A DNA stretch of 39,465 bases. Source: a virus. Lineage: Duplodnaviria > Heunggongvirae > Uroviricota > Caudoviricetes. Every line of letters starts with the position of its first letter. The stretch's first letter is position 1. This document shows positions 17,899-27,875 of the stretch, in pieces. The notes under the pieces are model-generated. The model was not told where the DNA came from. It made no database searches and was given only the letters and a program-made list of their open reading frames with translations. A program made the translations under genes and the position numbers. Where the stretch lies: the IMG/VR virus record IMGVR_UViG_2529293078_000013, one strand, 5' to 3'.

Positions 17899-18299
17899 GC
17901 ACGGGCCTGTTCCGCTTTGTTACCGGTCTTTTTCCGGGGAGCATCCTGTCCGGCTTCGGCTTCGGCTTCGGCTTCGGCTTCGGCTTCGGCTTCGGCTTCG
18001 GCTTCGGCTTCGGCTTCGGCTAAATCTGTACCGGCCACTGCATGAACCACACCCGCCACGCTCCCCGCATCATCAGCAGACGTCTGTAGTATTCGCACAG
18101 TGAGGCATGGCTCCTCCTCCAGTCGGGCAAGCTGCTCCGGGGTGACCTCAACCTGCTGACGTCCACGCGTGAACAGGAACCCCGCACGACGAAACGCCGA
18201 ACGACTGCAACGCACTTCTGCCAGCACCGTGACAGAATTGTCACCACTGACCTGAAGACCTGAATCATCTGTTGCTGCCACAGTGTGATGTTCATTCAT
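17895..18299 (-). CDS. Hypothetical head-region protein containing an (Ala-Glu)12 repeat
   Basis: 134-aa ORF between the major head and connector genes; its C-terminal part is encoded by a perfect hexanucleotide repeat. Confidence 0.55.
   Translation of the reverse strand: MNEHHTVAATDDSGLQVSGDNSVTVLAEVRCSRSAFRRAGFLFTRGRQQVEVTPEQLARLEEEPCLTVRILQTSADDAGSVAGVVHAVAGTDLAEAEAEAEAEAEAEAEAEAEAEAGQDAPRKKTGNKAEQARA
17949..18020. repeat. Perfect tandem hexanucleotide repeat (GCTTCG)x12 on the plus strand, in frame within a CDS
   Basis: ggcttcggcttcgg... read directly; encodes AEAEAE... on the minus strand. Confidence 0.95.
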
Positions 18300-18342
18300 A
18301 TTTGCCCTCCGCAGGGGCCGGGCCGTAAGCCCGGCTCACCGT

Positions 18343-19290
18343 TTACAGATAATCCGCGACAACCAGCTCCAGCTTACCCTTCATCTCGTTAGAGACGGTT
18401 GCGTTTCCGTCTGCGAACAGTTCACGCTCCAGCAGCTGCACCGCCTGTTTTTCCAGCGAGGTGGGGACAACAATATGGGTGGGTTTAATGCCGAGTTTGC
18501 GGCCACCGTCAGCGGTAAATTCGCGCATGGCTGACCAGCCGTGCCACAGTGCATCCAGCGTCAGCGGTGACTGCATCATGTAGGCCATCTGCCAGAAGCC
18601 GTAGCCCACATTGCGACGGGCGGATGCACCAAACACAAATTCGTTATCGGTGAATGCGCGACCTTCATCGACTTTGGTCTGGGCAACCAGTTCAGCCTTA
18701 CGGCGATCCTGATAAATCAGCGGTTTTACCGCGCGGGAGCAGTCAAGCAGATACCAGGCCGGACCGCTGTAATCAGCCTGTGCGCCGACAGAGCCGGTTT
18801 TTGCCACAAACATATTGCTGACCATCTGCGCATCCCCGGAGCCATCCACTTTGGGGTAAACCGGATGTTCGGTATCAAAGAAGTTCTGACCGTCATAGCA
18901 GGCCGCACTGATCCCGTCACGCAGGGCAGCAAAGACCAGCTCATCCGGTTGTACCGCCGCAGCGCGCCCCATCTCCTGGAACAACGGGGAATAAATACCG
19001 AGGTTGTCGTCTTCGAAGTCATCGCGGCTAATGGCGACAGTGCCTTCAAAAGTTTTGTTCACGATGGCATAGCCATAGGCTTTCATCTTCTCGATGACGC
19101 GGGAGCCGATCCACTCACGGAACTGCGGGAACTGCCCCAGCCAGCCGTAGGTGTTGGATTTCGATGTGGAGGGCACGGTCATCGCAATTTTTTTATACTG
19201 CGACGGGGCCATGGACATCCCGGCCTGAAAATCAGAACGGTAGCCCGTCATCAGGGCTGTGATCATCGCCGGTGTAATCGGGGTAGGCAT
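18343..19290 (-). CDS. Major head (capsid) protein (Mu T-like)
   Basis: 315 aa, directly downstream of the protease/scaffold gene. Confidence 0.8.
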   Translation of the reverse strand: MPTPITPAMITALMTGYRSDFQAGMSMAPSQYKKIAMTVPSTSKSNTYGWLGQFPQFREWIGSRVIEKMKAYGYAIVNKTFEGTVAISRDDFEDDNLGIYSPLFQEMGRAAAVQPDELVFAALRDGISAACYDGQNFFDTEHPVYPKVDGSGDAQMVSNMFVAKTGSVGAQADYSGPAWYLLDCSRAVKPLIYQDRRKAELVAQTKVDEGRAFTDNEFVFGASARRNVGYGFWQMAYMMQSPLTLDALWHGWSAMREFTADGGRKLGIKPTHIVVPTSLEKQAVQLLERELFADGNATVSNEMKGKLELVVADYL

Positions 19291-20414
19291 TATTGCATTT
19301 CCTCTTTCATTTTCAGGAACTCGGCTTCGGTTTTACCCAGCAGTTTGGCGGCCGCGATATCTTCAGCCGACAGCGCAGCGGTGGCAGTCTTTTTATCCGG
19401 CACGGTCACGGTGTCGGTCTGAAGAGAGGTCAGGGCCGCAACCGGCTGGCGGGCGTCAAGCTGTGCAGAAAGTGCCGCAACGCCAATCTGCCCGCCCAGT
19501 TGTTCCAGATAGCCGCGTTCGCTTTTGAAGATGCGCCCTTCGGATTCAGCCTTGTCCAGCACCTGCTCCAGCGTGGTGCTGCCGTGCTGCGCCGACAGCG
19601 CAACGTATTCGGTACGCAGGGCGTTATACGTTTCAACGGGCACGTATTTCGTCAGATCAATAATGCCGCCAGCCGGTGTGCCTTTTGCGGTTTCCAGCTC
19701 TGCCGACAGACTGGCGACCTGTGTTTTCAGGTTGTCGTGTGCATCCGCACGGGTTTTGATCCCGGTGAGGGCAGACAGCGCCGCCGTGCCCAGCTCCGGC
19801 GTAAATTCGTCACCGTCAGCCACGGTCAGACCGAGCGCCGTCAGCAACTGGCGTAATTGCTCATTCATGGAGGTATCCTTTAAAGGAGGGTTTAAGGCGT
19901 TATAAAGGTCATCCGCCGACAGCGCGGCGACAGGATTCATGCCGGTCAGACCGGGGTCACCGGTAATAGCCAGCATCCGAAGTTCGACAGGTTCGCCGGT
20001 GTTCTCGTCATAGCCAATCACCGGTGAAAACCAGGGGAATTCGTTATTACGCAGATGTTCAAGGGCCGGAGGGTTCCACTTCGGGCGCACCTCGAAGCCA
20101 CGCTCTTCACTGAAGCGAAAATTCTCCGGTGAGGCCATCACAAAACCGGCAGCCGGTGCCTGATGCCCCTTAATCAGGGTCTGGTGGTTGTAGTCAATTT
20201 TCACCGGCTGATTGAGCGCCACAACCCGGGATACCATGCGCTCAACGGTCGCACGGTTAATCAGCCAGCCCTCGGCCGGTTTTTCCGGGCGACCGTCACG
20301 GGCCTTTACCCGACCGGCTGGCATGATCTGACACCAGTCACCGTCCCCGTCTGCGGACAGGCTGATGGCATTCAGAATGGCATAAGCAAGTTTGGGCGTG
20401 TTTTTCGTCTTCAT
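19290..20414 (-). CDS. Head protease/scaffold protein (Mu I-like)
   Basis: 374 aa with Ala-rich helical C-terminus; position before the capsid gene. Confidence 0.75.
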   Translation of the reverse strand: MKTKNTPKLAYAILNAISLSADGDGDWCQIMPAGRVKARDGRPEKPAEGWLINRATVERMVSRVVALNQPVKIDYNHQTLIKGHQAPAAGFVMASPENFRFSEERGFEVRPKWNPPALEHLRNNEFPWFSPVIGYDENTGEPVELRMLAITGDPGLTGMNPVAALSADDLYNALNPPLKDTSMNEQLRQLLTALGLTVADGDEFTPELGTAALSALTGIKTRADAHDNLKTQVASLSAELETAKGTPAGGIIDLTKYVPVETYNALRTEYVALSAQHGSTTLEQVLDKAESEGRIFKSERGYLEQLGGQIGVAALSAQLDARQPVAALTSLQTDTVTVPDKKTATAALSAEDIAAAKLLGKTEAEFLKMKEEMQ

Positions 20415-20590
20415 TCCGGCAGCATAAGCCGGGAATTTTCAGGGCGGGTTTTGCGGGATTTCAGGAAGTGCTTCCAGGGGAAAAATACAAAGGCGCTTCA
20501 CGCAGATTTTAAAGCCCGTTAAATACAGGTTAGAAAATCACGACACGCGCCTGAAGGGGGTAAGGTAATGCATTTGCATACCTTAAACAA

Positions 20591-21064
20591 TTAAGGCGTT
20601 TCTGTGGCCTTTTTAAAGCGTTTTCTGATTTCGTCCATGATCTCCTGCTCTGCCACCTGATCAAAGCCCATATACGGGCGTGCGCCAATGGCCGCCGGTC
20701 CCGGTGGCATACCAGGCAGGCCACCCCACTGATGAATGGCCGCATAAGGCTCATTTGATCCAATCAGCGCCCAGGTATCGCCATAATCCGTGGTCAGGCG
20801 TCGGGCCAGATCGCCGTTCAGCGTCAGGATTTTGCCGGGCATGTATCCCTTACGGGTACGCCACTTGCGGTAAGGATCTGACCAGTCATGCCAGCGTTCG
20901 CCGTCCGGCTCTTTTTCCTGTTCAAACGCCATTTCTGACGATGACAGAAGACTCGCCGCCACACTGCGGGCCAGGTCTTTCCCTCCACCCACAAACTGAA
21001 GCCGGGCAAAGACCCGCTGGAGACGCGTAACGTCAACAACGACAGCGGCATCAATGGATGACAT
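20591..21064 (-). CDS. Virion morphogenesis protein (Mu G-like)
   Basis: 157 aa between the F-like and I-like genes. Confidence 0.65.
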   Translation of the reverse strand: MSSIDAAVVVDVTRLQRVFARLQFVGGGKDLARSVAASLLSSSEMAFEQEKEPDGERWHDWSDPYRKWRTRKGYMPGKILTLNGDLARRLTTDYGDTWALIGSNEPYAAIHQWGGLPGMPPGPAAIGARPYMGFDQVAEQEIMDEIRKRFKKATETP

Positions 21065-21185
21065 ATTGCCTCCGCATAAAGGATGAATATAAAATAAACA
21101 GGCGGTCAGTGTACGCTTAACTGGTAAAGTCGGTGCCTGCCTCCGGGTGGATCATGTATGCGGGTTCAACCCCCGCCACTGACCG

Positions 21186-22517
21186 TTAATCAATATCTCC
21201 TTCCAGTACCTCAAGCATTCCACCCCGGATATCCGATTTCAGCTTATCCATATTGATAACCCGGTAAGCATTCACAATCACATCCAGTTTATCCGGCTGA
21301 CGCTTCAGGCTGTACGGCGCATTAACGGCAATCTGCACACTGCTATCCTTACTTTCCACGATATACATCAGATTGTTGTGGCGTTTGTCCCACAGCACCG
21401 CTTTTGGCTTTGCCAGCATTGCCGGTAATCGACCGAAATCCTCCGGCGTCAGGGCGATACCGTCATTCTGATGTTTCATGCTGTCCGCATGGAGCACATT
21501 TTTACCGCTCATCGCCAGCAGGCGGGCCGGTGGCGTTCCCGTCCGGCTTTCCACCGCCTGCGCAATGCTTTCGGTCATAAAGCCCAGCGTGCGGATATCG
21601 TTACCGCCTCGCCGGGTTTTCATGATGTTTTTTGCCCAGATGCGGAACGCCAGCTGCCGCTCCGGGCTGTTGTTCATCTCCTGCACTACCATTTCCCGCA
21701 GCGCCGGGCTTTTCACCTCGATCAGTTTACGGATCAACGCCTGGTCTGTGCCGAACGCCGCCGAGCCGGGGTTATATGACCAGCCCACATCCGGTGTCAT
21801 GGTTCTGGTGCCATCTGAATATGTGGTCACCGGCATTTCTCTGACTTCTCCGGTCTGCTTATCCACGCCAGCCTCAACATTGCGGGTGGAAAGATGATCC
21901 TGACCGGATGAAACGGATAACCCCATTGCATCCAGACGGGTCTGAGACAATGGCCGGACACGGCAGCGGCAGTTCCAGCCATTGGGTGGGTAGTGTGTAT
22001 TCCAGAACGGATCGTCATAGCGGAATACCTGCCCGTTAAGGGCGGAATGCGCCGGGCGGGTGCGGCTGTCCATCACCGCCACATACTGCCAGAACGGATG
22101 CGTGTCCGTGTTGTTCATCATCTGCGTGTAACGCCCGGCATTGTAAGCCACGCGGGTGTTCACGTTGTAAATCAGCGCCAGACGGCGGGGACTGCCCAGT
22201 TGCACTTCTTCTGCGTTACCGGCGCTGTCCACCACAATCTGCTTTCCCCACCATCCCAGCTTTTGCAGGCGGGGTGTCAGTGTGCGGATAAATGCTTTCT
22301 GTGAAATCCCCTCATCAACAGCACGCTGCACTTCCGCCTGTAGTGTGGTCAGTACGTCCAGGCGTGCCACTTTTGCCGCCGTGAATGAACGGGCATGAAC
22401 ATCCGCGTCTGTTTCGAACCAGTTCCAGCTGATATGCGCCCCTTTGGCGCGGAAGTATGCCACCGCCTCTTTTGAGGGAAGCGTGGCGGCATAACCTAAA
22501 TCAATCCCCTGTGCCAT
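21186..22517 (-). CDS. Head morphogenesis protein (Mu F-like)
   Basis: 443 aa immediately downstream of the portal gene. Confidence 0.75.
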   Translation of the reverse strand: MAQGIDLGYAATLPSKEAVAYFRAKGAHISWNWFETDADVHARSFTAAKVARLDVLTTLQAEVQRAVDEGISQKAFIRTLTPRLQKLGWWGKQIVVDSAGNAEEVQLGSPRRLALIYNVNTRVAYNAGRYTQMMNNTDTHPFWQYVAVMDSRTRPAHSALNGQVFRYDDPFWNTHYPPNGWNCRCRVRPLSQTRLDAMGLSVSSGQDHLSTRNVEAGVDKQTGEVREMPVTTYSDGTRTMTPDVGWSYNPGSAAFGTDQALIRKLIEVKSPALREMVVQEMNNSPERQLAFRIWAKNIMKTRRGGNDIRTLGFMTESIAQAVESRTGTPPARLLAMSGKNVLHADSMKHQNDGIALTPEDFGRLPAMLAKPKAVLWDKRHNNLMYIVESKDSSVQIAVNAPYSLKRQPDKLDVIVNAYRVINMDKLKSDIRGGMLEVLEGDID

Positions 22518-24099
22518 CCAGCATCCCCTTCATTTCCGCAGCAAACATGGCATCACTGAGCAGCGTCATCAGGCGGGAATCATCCATTTCACGGTAAAGG
22601 GCAGGCAGGTCTGCCAGTGCCTCCGCCAGCCCCCGCGTTCTGATGGCTTCAATGACCGGCTCCAGTACCGGGTCGATGGCCTCCTGTAACCGGCGGGCAG
22701 GCACCGCATCCCCCATGTCGTCCAGTTCATCTCGGGGGCTGCTCTTCGCTTCCGGCAGTCTGGCAGCCAGCGCTGTCTGCTCTGTCTTCTCCTGTTTTTC
22801 CGGTGGCATCTCTTTGTCTGTCTGAGCAGGTTCATTGCCACTCTGACGGACACGGAAGATGGCTTCACCGGGGGCAGGCTGTGGAATACCGGTCTGCTCC
22901 CGCACCCAGGGATCAGGAATATCCATCCCCGTACTGAGCTGCATCACCGCACTGGTGATTTTGGTGATATCCCCCGGCTCTTTTGTCTGGAAACAGATAC
23001 GCGGCAGGCGACGGATATCAATGGCGTGGGCGGTGTTCAGGGCATACAGCGGATACACCAGATCGCGGTTCAGCGTGGCGGCCAGCTGACGTAAATCAGA
23101 ATCCCTGATTTCCCGGCGCACCTCGTTATGCACTTCACCCAGCGAACGTGCGCCCTTGTCTCCGGCTTCCGTGGTCAGCGTGCCGCCGAGGATAGCTTTG
23201 GAGATGGAACGCTCCCCCCACGAAATCATGGTTTCAAACGGATCGGCCTGACCGTTCGCTGCCGCCTGAAACTCCAGCGACATCCCGGCCGGGATGATCC
23301 CGCCTGTACGTCGCCCGATATCCATCACCGCCCGCATCAGGGCGCTTTTCTGCTCCGGTGTTGCCCCGGACGGGTATTTACCGACCTTCATCGGCAGGCC
23401 GTACACCTCCAGAAATTCAGCCAGATCGCGCACGGAATAGTTTTTGAAAATGAACGGCCAGATAAGCGTTCTGACAAGCCCCGTCGCACCACCGTAGCCA
23501 GTGCGTGAACGCGACTGATGCACTATCCAGCCAAAGGGCTGAAACGCCACCCCGGCATGGCTGCCGTCACGCAGCCGCAGTTCGCTCAAATCATCCGGGT
23601 TAAGGCAGAAATGCCCGCTGTCACGCCAGCGGATGGCGCGGATGATGTGCATTTTACCGAGCATCCCGTGCTCAATCTCCATGCAGGAATAGCCTTTCAG
23701 GATGGCATCGGTGGCATCAAACAGCATGGCATCAAACCAGTCGGCGGAATGCAGGTATTCGTCGAGCATTTCCGCGTCCTTTTTCTCATTCGCGCTGGCG
23801 TTCGGGGGCGGCTCAATACTCCAGGGCACCCCCTGAATGGCAAGACGTCGCTTGCCCAGCTCTGCAAAAAGATGGGTATCCTTTTCTTCAATGTCAGCGG
23901 CCAGATCGGACTGGGCAATCAGATCGCCACGTTCAGCCCCGCGAAGGCACTGTGCCGCCCGGTTCGGGGTGATACCCGAGGCCGGATGTTCAATATAACG
24001 GCTGGCAATCTGCGGAATATCCAGCACGGCACTCTGCATCTCCGGGTCAAAGGAGAAAGGTTTTCCGTCAAGATCAATTATGCGTCCCACTACCAGCAC
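22501..24099 (-). CDS. Portal protein (Mu gp29-like)
   Basis: 532 aa downstream of the large terminase gene. Confidence 0.8.
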   Translation of the reverse strand: MLVVGRIIDLDGKPFSFDPEMQSAVLDIPQIASRYIEHPASGITPNRAAQCLRGAERGDLIAQSDLAADIEEKDTHLFAELGKRRLAIQGVPWSIEPPPNASANEKKDAEMLDEYLHSADWFDAMLFDATDAILKGYSCMEIEHGMLGKMHIIRAIRWRDSGHFCLNPDDLSELRLRDGSHAGVAFQPFGWIVHQSRSRTGYGGATGLVRTLIWPFIFKNYSVRDLAEFLEVYGLPMKVGKYPSGATPEQKSALMRAVMDIGRRTGGIIPAGMSLEFQAAANGQADPFETMISWGERSISKAILGGTLTTEAGDKGARSLGEVHNEVRREIRDSDLRQLAATLNRDLVYPLYALNTAHAIDIRRLPRICFQTKEPGDITKITSAVMQLSTGMDIPDPWVREQTGIPQPAPGEAIFRVRQSGNEPAQTDKEMPPEKQEKTEQTALAARLPEAKSSPRDELDDMGDAVPARRLQEAIDPVLEPVIEAIRTRGLAEALADLPALYREMDDSRLMTLLSDAMFAAEMKGMLDGTGD

Positions 24100-25754
24100 C
24101 CCCGATCAAATTCATGATATGCCTCATCGTCATCACGATAACCGCCCTCCATGGCCCGCGACCGCTCCGGCAGCGCCTGGCAGGCTGATTCATCCAGGAT
24201 AAAGCCCTCCATGTATGACGCCCGGTTTGCCATACAGAGCGCCACGGCAAAATCACCATGGCGGCGGGCGTTCACAGCTGTTGCGTTCTGGTCCTTCGTA
24301 CGCCCCTTGTCGATTTGCGGGATACCGTTCACCACCTTCACATGGCGCAAATCATCAAGCGTGGTCTGATGGCGGGCGACGAGGATATTCTGATCCTCAA
24401 ACTCGGCCTTCAGTTTTGGCATCCACTCGCCGTACCACTTCGGCGATAACATCACGCAGTCGATGATGTCCGGGCCAAAGGCCAGCAGCGCGGCTTCGGC
24501 CAGATAGCCGCCGTTACCGGTGGCGTCGAACGCCGCACCGACCAGCGCCGGAACGCGGGTCAGGATGTACATCATCACCTGCTCCTGCTGGGCATACGGC
24601 AGGTTGCGCAGCTCCACGCGAAACACCTCGCGTTTTGCCAGGGATTCAGTGATTTCCAGCAGCACAAAGCAGGAGAGGTCACCGGTGCGGGCAAAGTCTT
24701 CCCCGAAGCTGAAGCGGGAACGGGGATTTAACGCCTCTAAAAGCGGTTTTAAATGTTCTTCACACCAGGTTAAAACCTCCGATTCACGCAGCCATGCGGC
24801 ACGGCTGATGAAGTCGTCCGGGGCTTCAAACGTCAGAATCGGGATGTCGCGGATCATCGCCATTTCAATAAGCGCGTGAGGAATATAGGCACCGCCGGAT
24901 TTTTTCGGGATACAGCCGTATTCCTCGTCGGCATCCTCACGGGTCGGGGCGTTTTTGTAGAGATCATCACGCCACTTCTGCTCGCTTTCCGGTGACCATT
25001 CGCGGCCGGTGACATAACAGATACGACGGTACAGCCCGTCCGCAATGGCATCATCCAGGGTTATGCGGTGGACACTGTAATCCTTGCGTCCCTCGCGGGC
25101 TTCCTGAATGTACTGATTAAACAGATTATCGACGCCGTTATGCGTGGAGATAATACGCACGCGCGCGCCCCACATGGTGAGCGCCATTGCCGCCTTGAGA
25201 AGCTCATCCAGTGACTCGTGGAACGCGGCTTCATCAATCACCACATCCCCCTGAAGGCCGCGCAGGTTTGACGGACGGGAAGACAGTGCCTGAATTTTGA
25301 ATCCACTGTTCGGAAAGCGGATCATGTAGGTCAGAATTTCTTCTTTTTTATCCCGATCCCAGAAGGTCTGCTCATACACATCAGCATCGGCCAGCTGGTT
25401 AAAGGCACGGGAGAACAGTGCGCAGGCAGAAATATATTCCAGCGCCATCTCCTGCTTTGACCCCACATAAAACACATTACGGCCACCACGACGCTTAGGC
25501 TTTGCGGCGGTAATGACGTTACGCCCGGCTTCCGCCCAGGTAAGCCCGGTGCGGCGGGATTTTTCCGCGATGCAGACCTCACTTTCATCCTCAAACCAGC
25601 GGGCCTGATAATCCAGAAACACCGGCATATCACCGGGCAAATCAAGGCTGTCCGGCACATCCACGCCCAGCAGGGCTTTTTCACCGGCCAGATCAATTTT
25701 GCGGGTGGAGACGGTATTCGTCAGTAAGGGGGAGAGTTCTTCGGCGTTATTCAT
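24090..25754 (-). CDS. Terminase large subunit (Mu gp28-like)
   Basis: 554 aa; first large gene of the head module. Confidence 0.8.
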   Translation of the reverse strand: MNNAEELSPLLTNTVSTRKIDLAGEKALLGVDVPDSLDLPGDMPVFLDYQARWFEDESEVCIAEKSRRTGLTWAEAGRNVITAAKPKRRGGRNVFYVGSKQEMALEYISACALFSRAFNQLADADVYEQTFWDRDKKEEILTYMIRFPNSGFKIQALSSRPSNLRGLQGDVVIDEAAFHESLDELLKAAMALTMWGARVRIISTHNGVDNLFNQYIQEAREGRKDYSVHRITLDDAIADGLYRRICYVTGREWSPESEQKWRDDLYKNAPTREDADEEYGCIPKKSGGAYIPHALIEMAMIRDIPILTFEAPDDFISRAAWLRESEVLTWCEEHLKPLLEALNPRSRFSFGEDFARTGDLSCFVLLEITESLAKREVFRVELRNLPYAQQEQVMMYILTRVPALVGAAFDATGNGGYLAEAALLAFGPDIIDCVMLSPKWYGEWMPKLKAEFEDQNILVARHQTTLDDLRHVKVVNGIPQIDKGRTKDQNATAVNARRHGDFAVALCMANRASYMEGFILDESACQALPERSRAMEGGYRDDDEAYHEFDRGCW

Positions 25755-26335
25755 CAGGCTTTACCCAACAGAATTCCCTTAATACGGGACTCAAGCTGTT
25801 CACTCATCCCGTCCACGCCGCGCAGCTCGTCGGTAACCGCGTTTGCCATCTCTTCAGCAAATGCAGCCCGGATTTCTTTTTCACGTTTAATGCTGCGCTC
25901 GGCGGCACTTTCCGCACGCTGTGCTGACAGGAGGATGTCCTTAATAAGACGCATATCCACGTCGCTGTCACTGTTCAGGGATTCGGTCGCGGCACGCAGA
26001 CGGCGGTACATCAGGGCGCGGGACATCTCCAGAATCAGTGCCGTGGTTTCACCGGTCGGCTTGTCCCCCAGTTCGGCCATCATGGCTTTTGTCTGCTCGC
26101 GTAAATCACGCAGGTTACGGGCAATCAGCTCATTACGGGAGGCTTCCCGGCTGATGGCCGCCGGTGAAAGCTGCTGCTCTTCCGGCAGGCCTGCCTCGCG
26201 GATCAGACGGTTGATTTCCTCGCGGATCTGGACCTGCGTCAGACGTTTTTCACGCAGCATTTCCAGCAGTGGCTTACGGATGCTGTCGGGGAGCAAATCC
26301 ACCTTGCGCACGCGGCCACGCGTCGGCTTGTCCAT
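25754..26335 (-). CDS. Terminase small subunit-like protein (Mu gp27-position)
   Basis: 193-aa helical, charged protein directly upstream of the large terminase. Confidence 0.6.
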   Translation of the reverse strand: MDKPTRGRVRKVDLLPDSIRKPLLEMLREKRLTQVQIREEINRLIREAGLPEEQQLSPAAISREASRNELIARNLRDLREQTKAMMAELGDKPTGETTALILEMSRALMYRRLRAATESLNSDSDVDMRLIKDILLSAQRAESAAERSIKREKEIRAAFAEEMANAVTDELRGVDGMSEQLESRIKGILLGKA

Positions 26336-26337
26336 CG

Positions 26338-26628
26338 CTACCCCCTTGCGCGTGGTTTCTTCACACCCGGAACGGTGGCGCGGCCTTCCGCCACATCCTG
26401 ACCCCGGCCGGTCAGTTCAGCGATGAAATAACCATTAACGAGCGTGCGCTTACGCACCAGCCCCTGCTCGGCAAGCCAGGCAATATGAGTATGAACGGTG
26501 TCGCGGGACACGCGGTGACCGTAATCATCCAGACAGTCCTGGAGCACGGATTCACCCAGTTCGCCGTTGTAATCCGCCAGCGACCGCAGAATGACAAGAC
26601 GCTGATCTTCAGTAATGAAATCACTCAT
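26338..26628 (-). CDS. Small winged-helix-like protein (Mu gp26-position)
   Basis: 96-aa ORF coupled to its neighbours. Confidence 0.5.
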   Translation of the reverse strand: MSDFITEDQRLVILRSLADYNGELGESVLQDCLDDYGHRVSRDTVHTHIAWLAEQGLVRKRTLVNGYFIAELTGRGQDVAEGRATVPGVKKPRARG

Positions 26629-26933
26629 TGTGTTTTTTTCCTTACCGCCTGCTCCAGCAGCAGTTCGTTCTGATAGGAGACAGAGCGGAGCGTGGCGTTC
26701 GTGGTTTTCAGTTCACCCCGCAGGGTCACGATTTCCACATTCAGACGGTTGACCTCGGCTTCTGTCGGCAGTGACGACAGGCGGGTTTCCACCTTCTCAA
26801 CGCGGTCGGAGAGTTTTTCAAAGGCCTCGCGGGGGACAAACGTTTTGCGCATCAGCGCCATGAATATCCCGCCAGCGGTTGCCGTCGCCGAAAGGATCGG
26901 CACAACATAATCTTTAACGATGCTGACCCACAT
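26625..26933 (-). CDS. Membrane protein at the Mu gp25 position (possible releasin-type lysis protein)
   Basis: 102 aa with N-terminal hydrophobic helix then coiled-coil-like region, at the end of the lysis cassette. Confidence 0.5.
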   Translation of the reverse strand: MWVSIVKDYVVPILSATATAGGIFMALMRKTFVPREAFEKLSDRVEKVETRLSSLPTEAEVNRLNVEIVTLRGELKTTNATLRSVSYQNELLLEQAVRKKTQ

Positions 26934-27141
26934 GACGGGCCTCCATGATGTTCTGGCAGTTCACACAACGGATGGCATCCGGCACAGCAACAAGACGTGC
27001 GGCGGGGATCTCTCCGCCACAGTCCGCGCAGACACGTCTGCCCGGAGCATCCATTGCCCGGCGCTTACGTGTCAGCCGGTTACAAAGGGCGCGTTCTGAT
27101 CCCCGCTCCATCACAGCCTGAGCACGATCTGAATCATCCAT
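26914..27141 (-). CDS. TraR/DksA-type C4 zinc-finger protein (start at internal Met 27141 preferred)
   Basis: CADCGGEIPAARL...RCVNCQ zinc-finger motif. Confidence 0.6.
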   Translation of the reverse strand: MDDSDRAQAVMERGSERALCNRLTRKRRAMDAPGRRVCADCGGEIPAARLVAVPDAIRCVNCQNIMEARHVGQHR

Positions 27142-27151
27142 ACCTTTTTCC

Positions 27152-27523
27152 TTACTTCGTCTTTCCTGCCGGAACAGCAGGCGTTCCGGCCATATCAGTA
27201 AATTCATGTTGTCGCCGCGCCTCCAGACGACGAATACTGGCCTTGTCCACGTTGCAGTTCTTGATCACCGCCAGCAGTTGCAGGTTGTAAGTGACCGATG
27301 CCCCAAACGTGAACGGCTCCGGCGCAGGAGGGACCAGGCAGTCAGCCAGCCATTCAGCGGGGATCGGCACCGGCTTCACAGGCACGTATTTCACAGACGG
27401 CCCGGCGCACCCGATCAGCCACATCATCAGGAACAGGGGCAGAGGCCGCAGGCACTGCCTCCAGCGACCGGCGGACAACGCTCTGCTGCCCCTCGCTGTG
27501 CTGAATGTTCTGTTGTTTTTCAT
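27152..27523 (-). CDS. o-spanin (Rz1-like outer-membrane lipoprotein), start uncertain; overlaps the i-spanin gene in another frame
   Basis: Lipobox LIGC followed by a Pro-rich mature sequence (PSVKYVPVKPVPIPAE...PPAPEP). Confidence 0.45.
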   Translation of the reverse strand: MKNNRTFSTARGSRALSAGRWRQCLRPLPLFLMMWLIGCAGPSVKYVPVKPVPIPAEWLADCLVPPAPEPFTFGASVTYNLQLLAVIKNCNVDKASIRRLEARRQHEFTDMAGTPAVPAGKTK

Positions 27524-27875
27524 TCGTGGCCGCCTCACTGATTTGTGAAATGAGTTGCAGGGTGTGCTGCTGATTTGCCAGCACCTGACGCGCCTCATCC
27601 CGCTCACGCACAAGCACCTGATTATTGTCTTCAAGGCGCTGCGTCTTCTGGTGCATTCCCCATATAGCGGCAACCAGTACAGCGATAATCCCCAGCGCCG
27701 CCATGCACGCCCCGGCAATCAGGGCCGGTAAGGCATTATTCACCGCAGCCACAGGACACCCCGTAACAGCAGTACCGCACACAGCAGCGCTATCATGAGC
27801 GGTCGCCAGAAGCGGTTCAGACTTTCGGCAAGTCGTAGCGACATAACCATTCATCCGCCGAACGGCGGGCCTCAA
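27354..27875 (-). CDS. i-spanin (Rz-like), start uncertain
   Basis: Hydrophobic TM segment ALIAGACMAALGIIAVLVAAIWG followed by a Gln/Glu-rich coiled coil. Confidence 0.5.
   Translation of the reverse strand: MRPAVRRMNGYVATTCRKSEPLLATAHDSAAVCGTAVTGCPVAAVNNALPALIAGACMAALGIIAVLVAAIWGMHQKTQRLEDNNQVLVRERDEARQVLANQQHTLQLISQISEAATNEKQQNIQHSEGQQSVVRRSLEAVPAASAPVPDDVADRVRRAVCEIRACEAGADPR

Noticed and set aside
17949-18020. Tandem repeat considered as a CRISPR array or minisatellite outside genes
   Set aside because: Units are 6 bp with no spacers and lie in frame within a CDS; it is a coding simple-sequence repeat.
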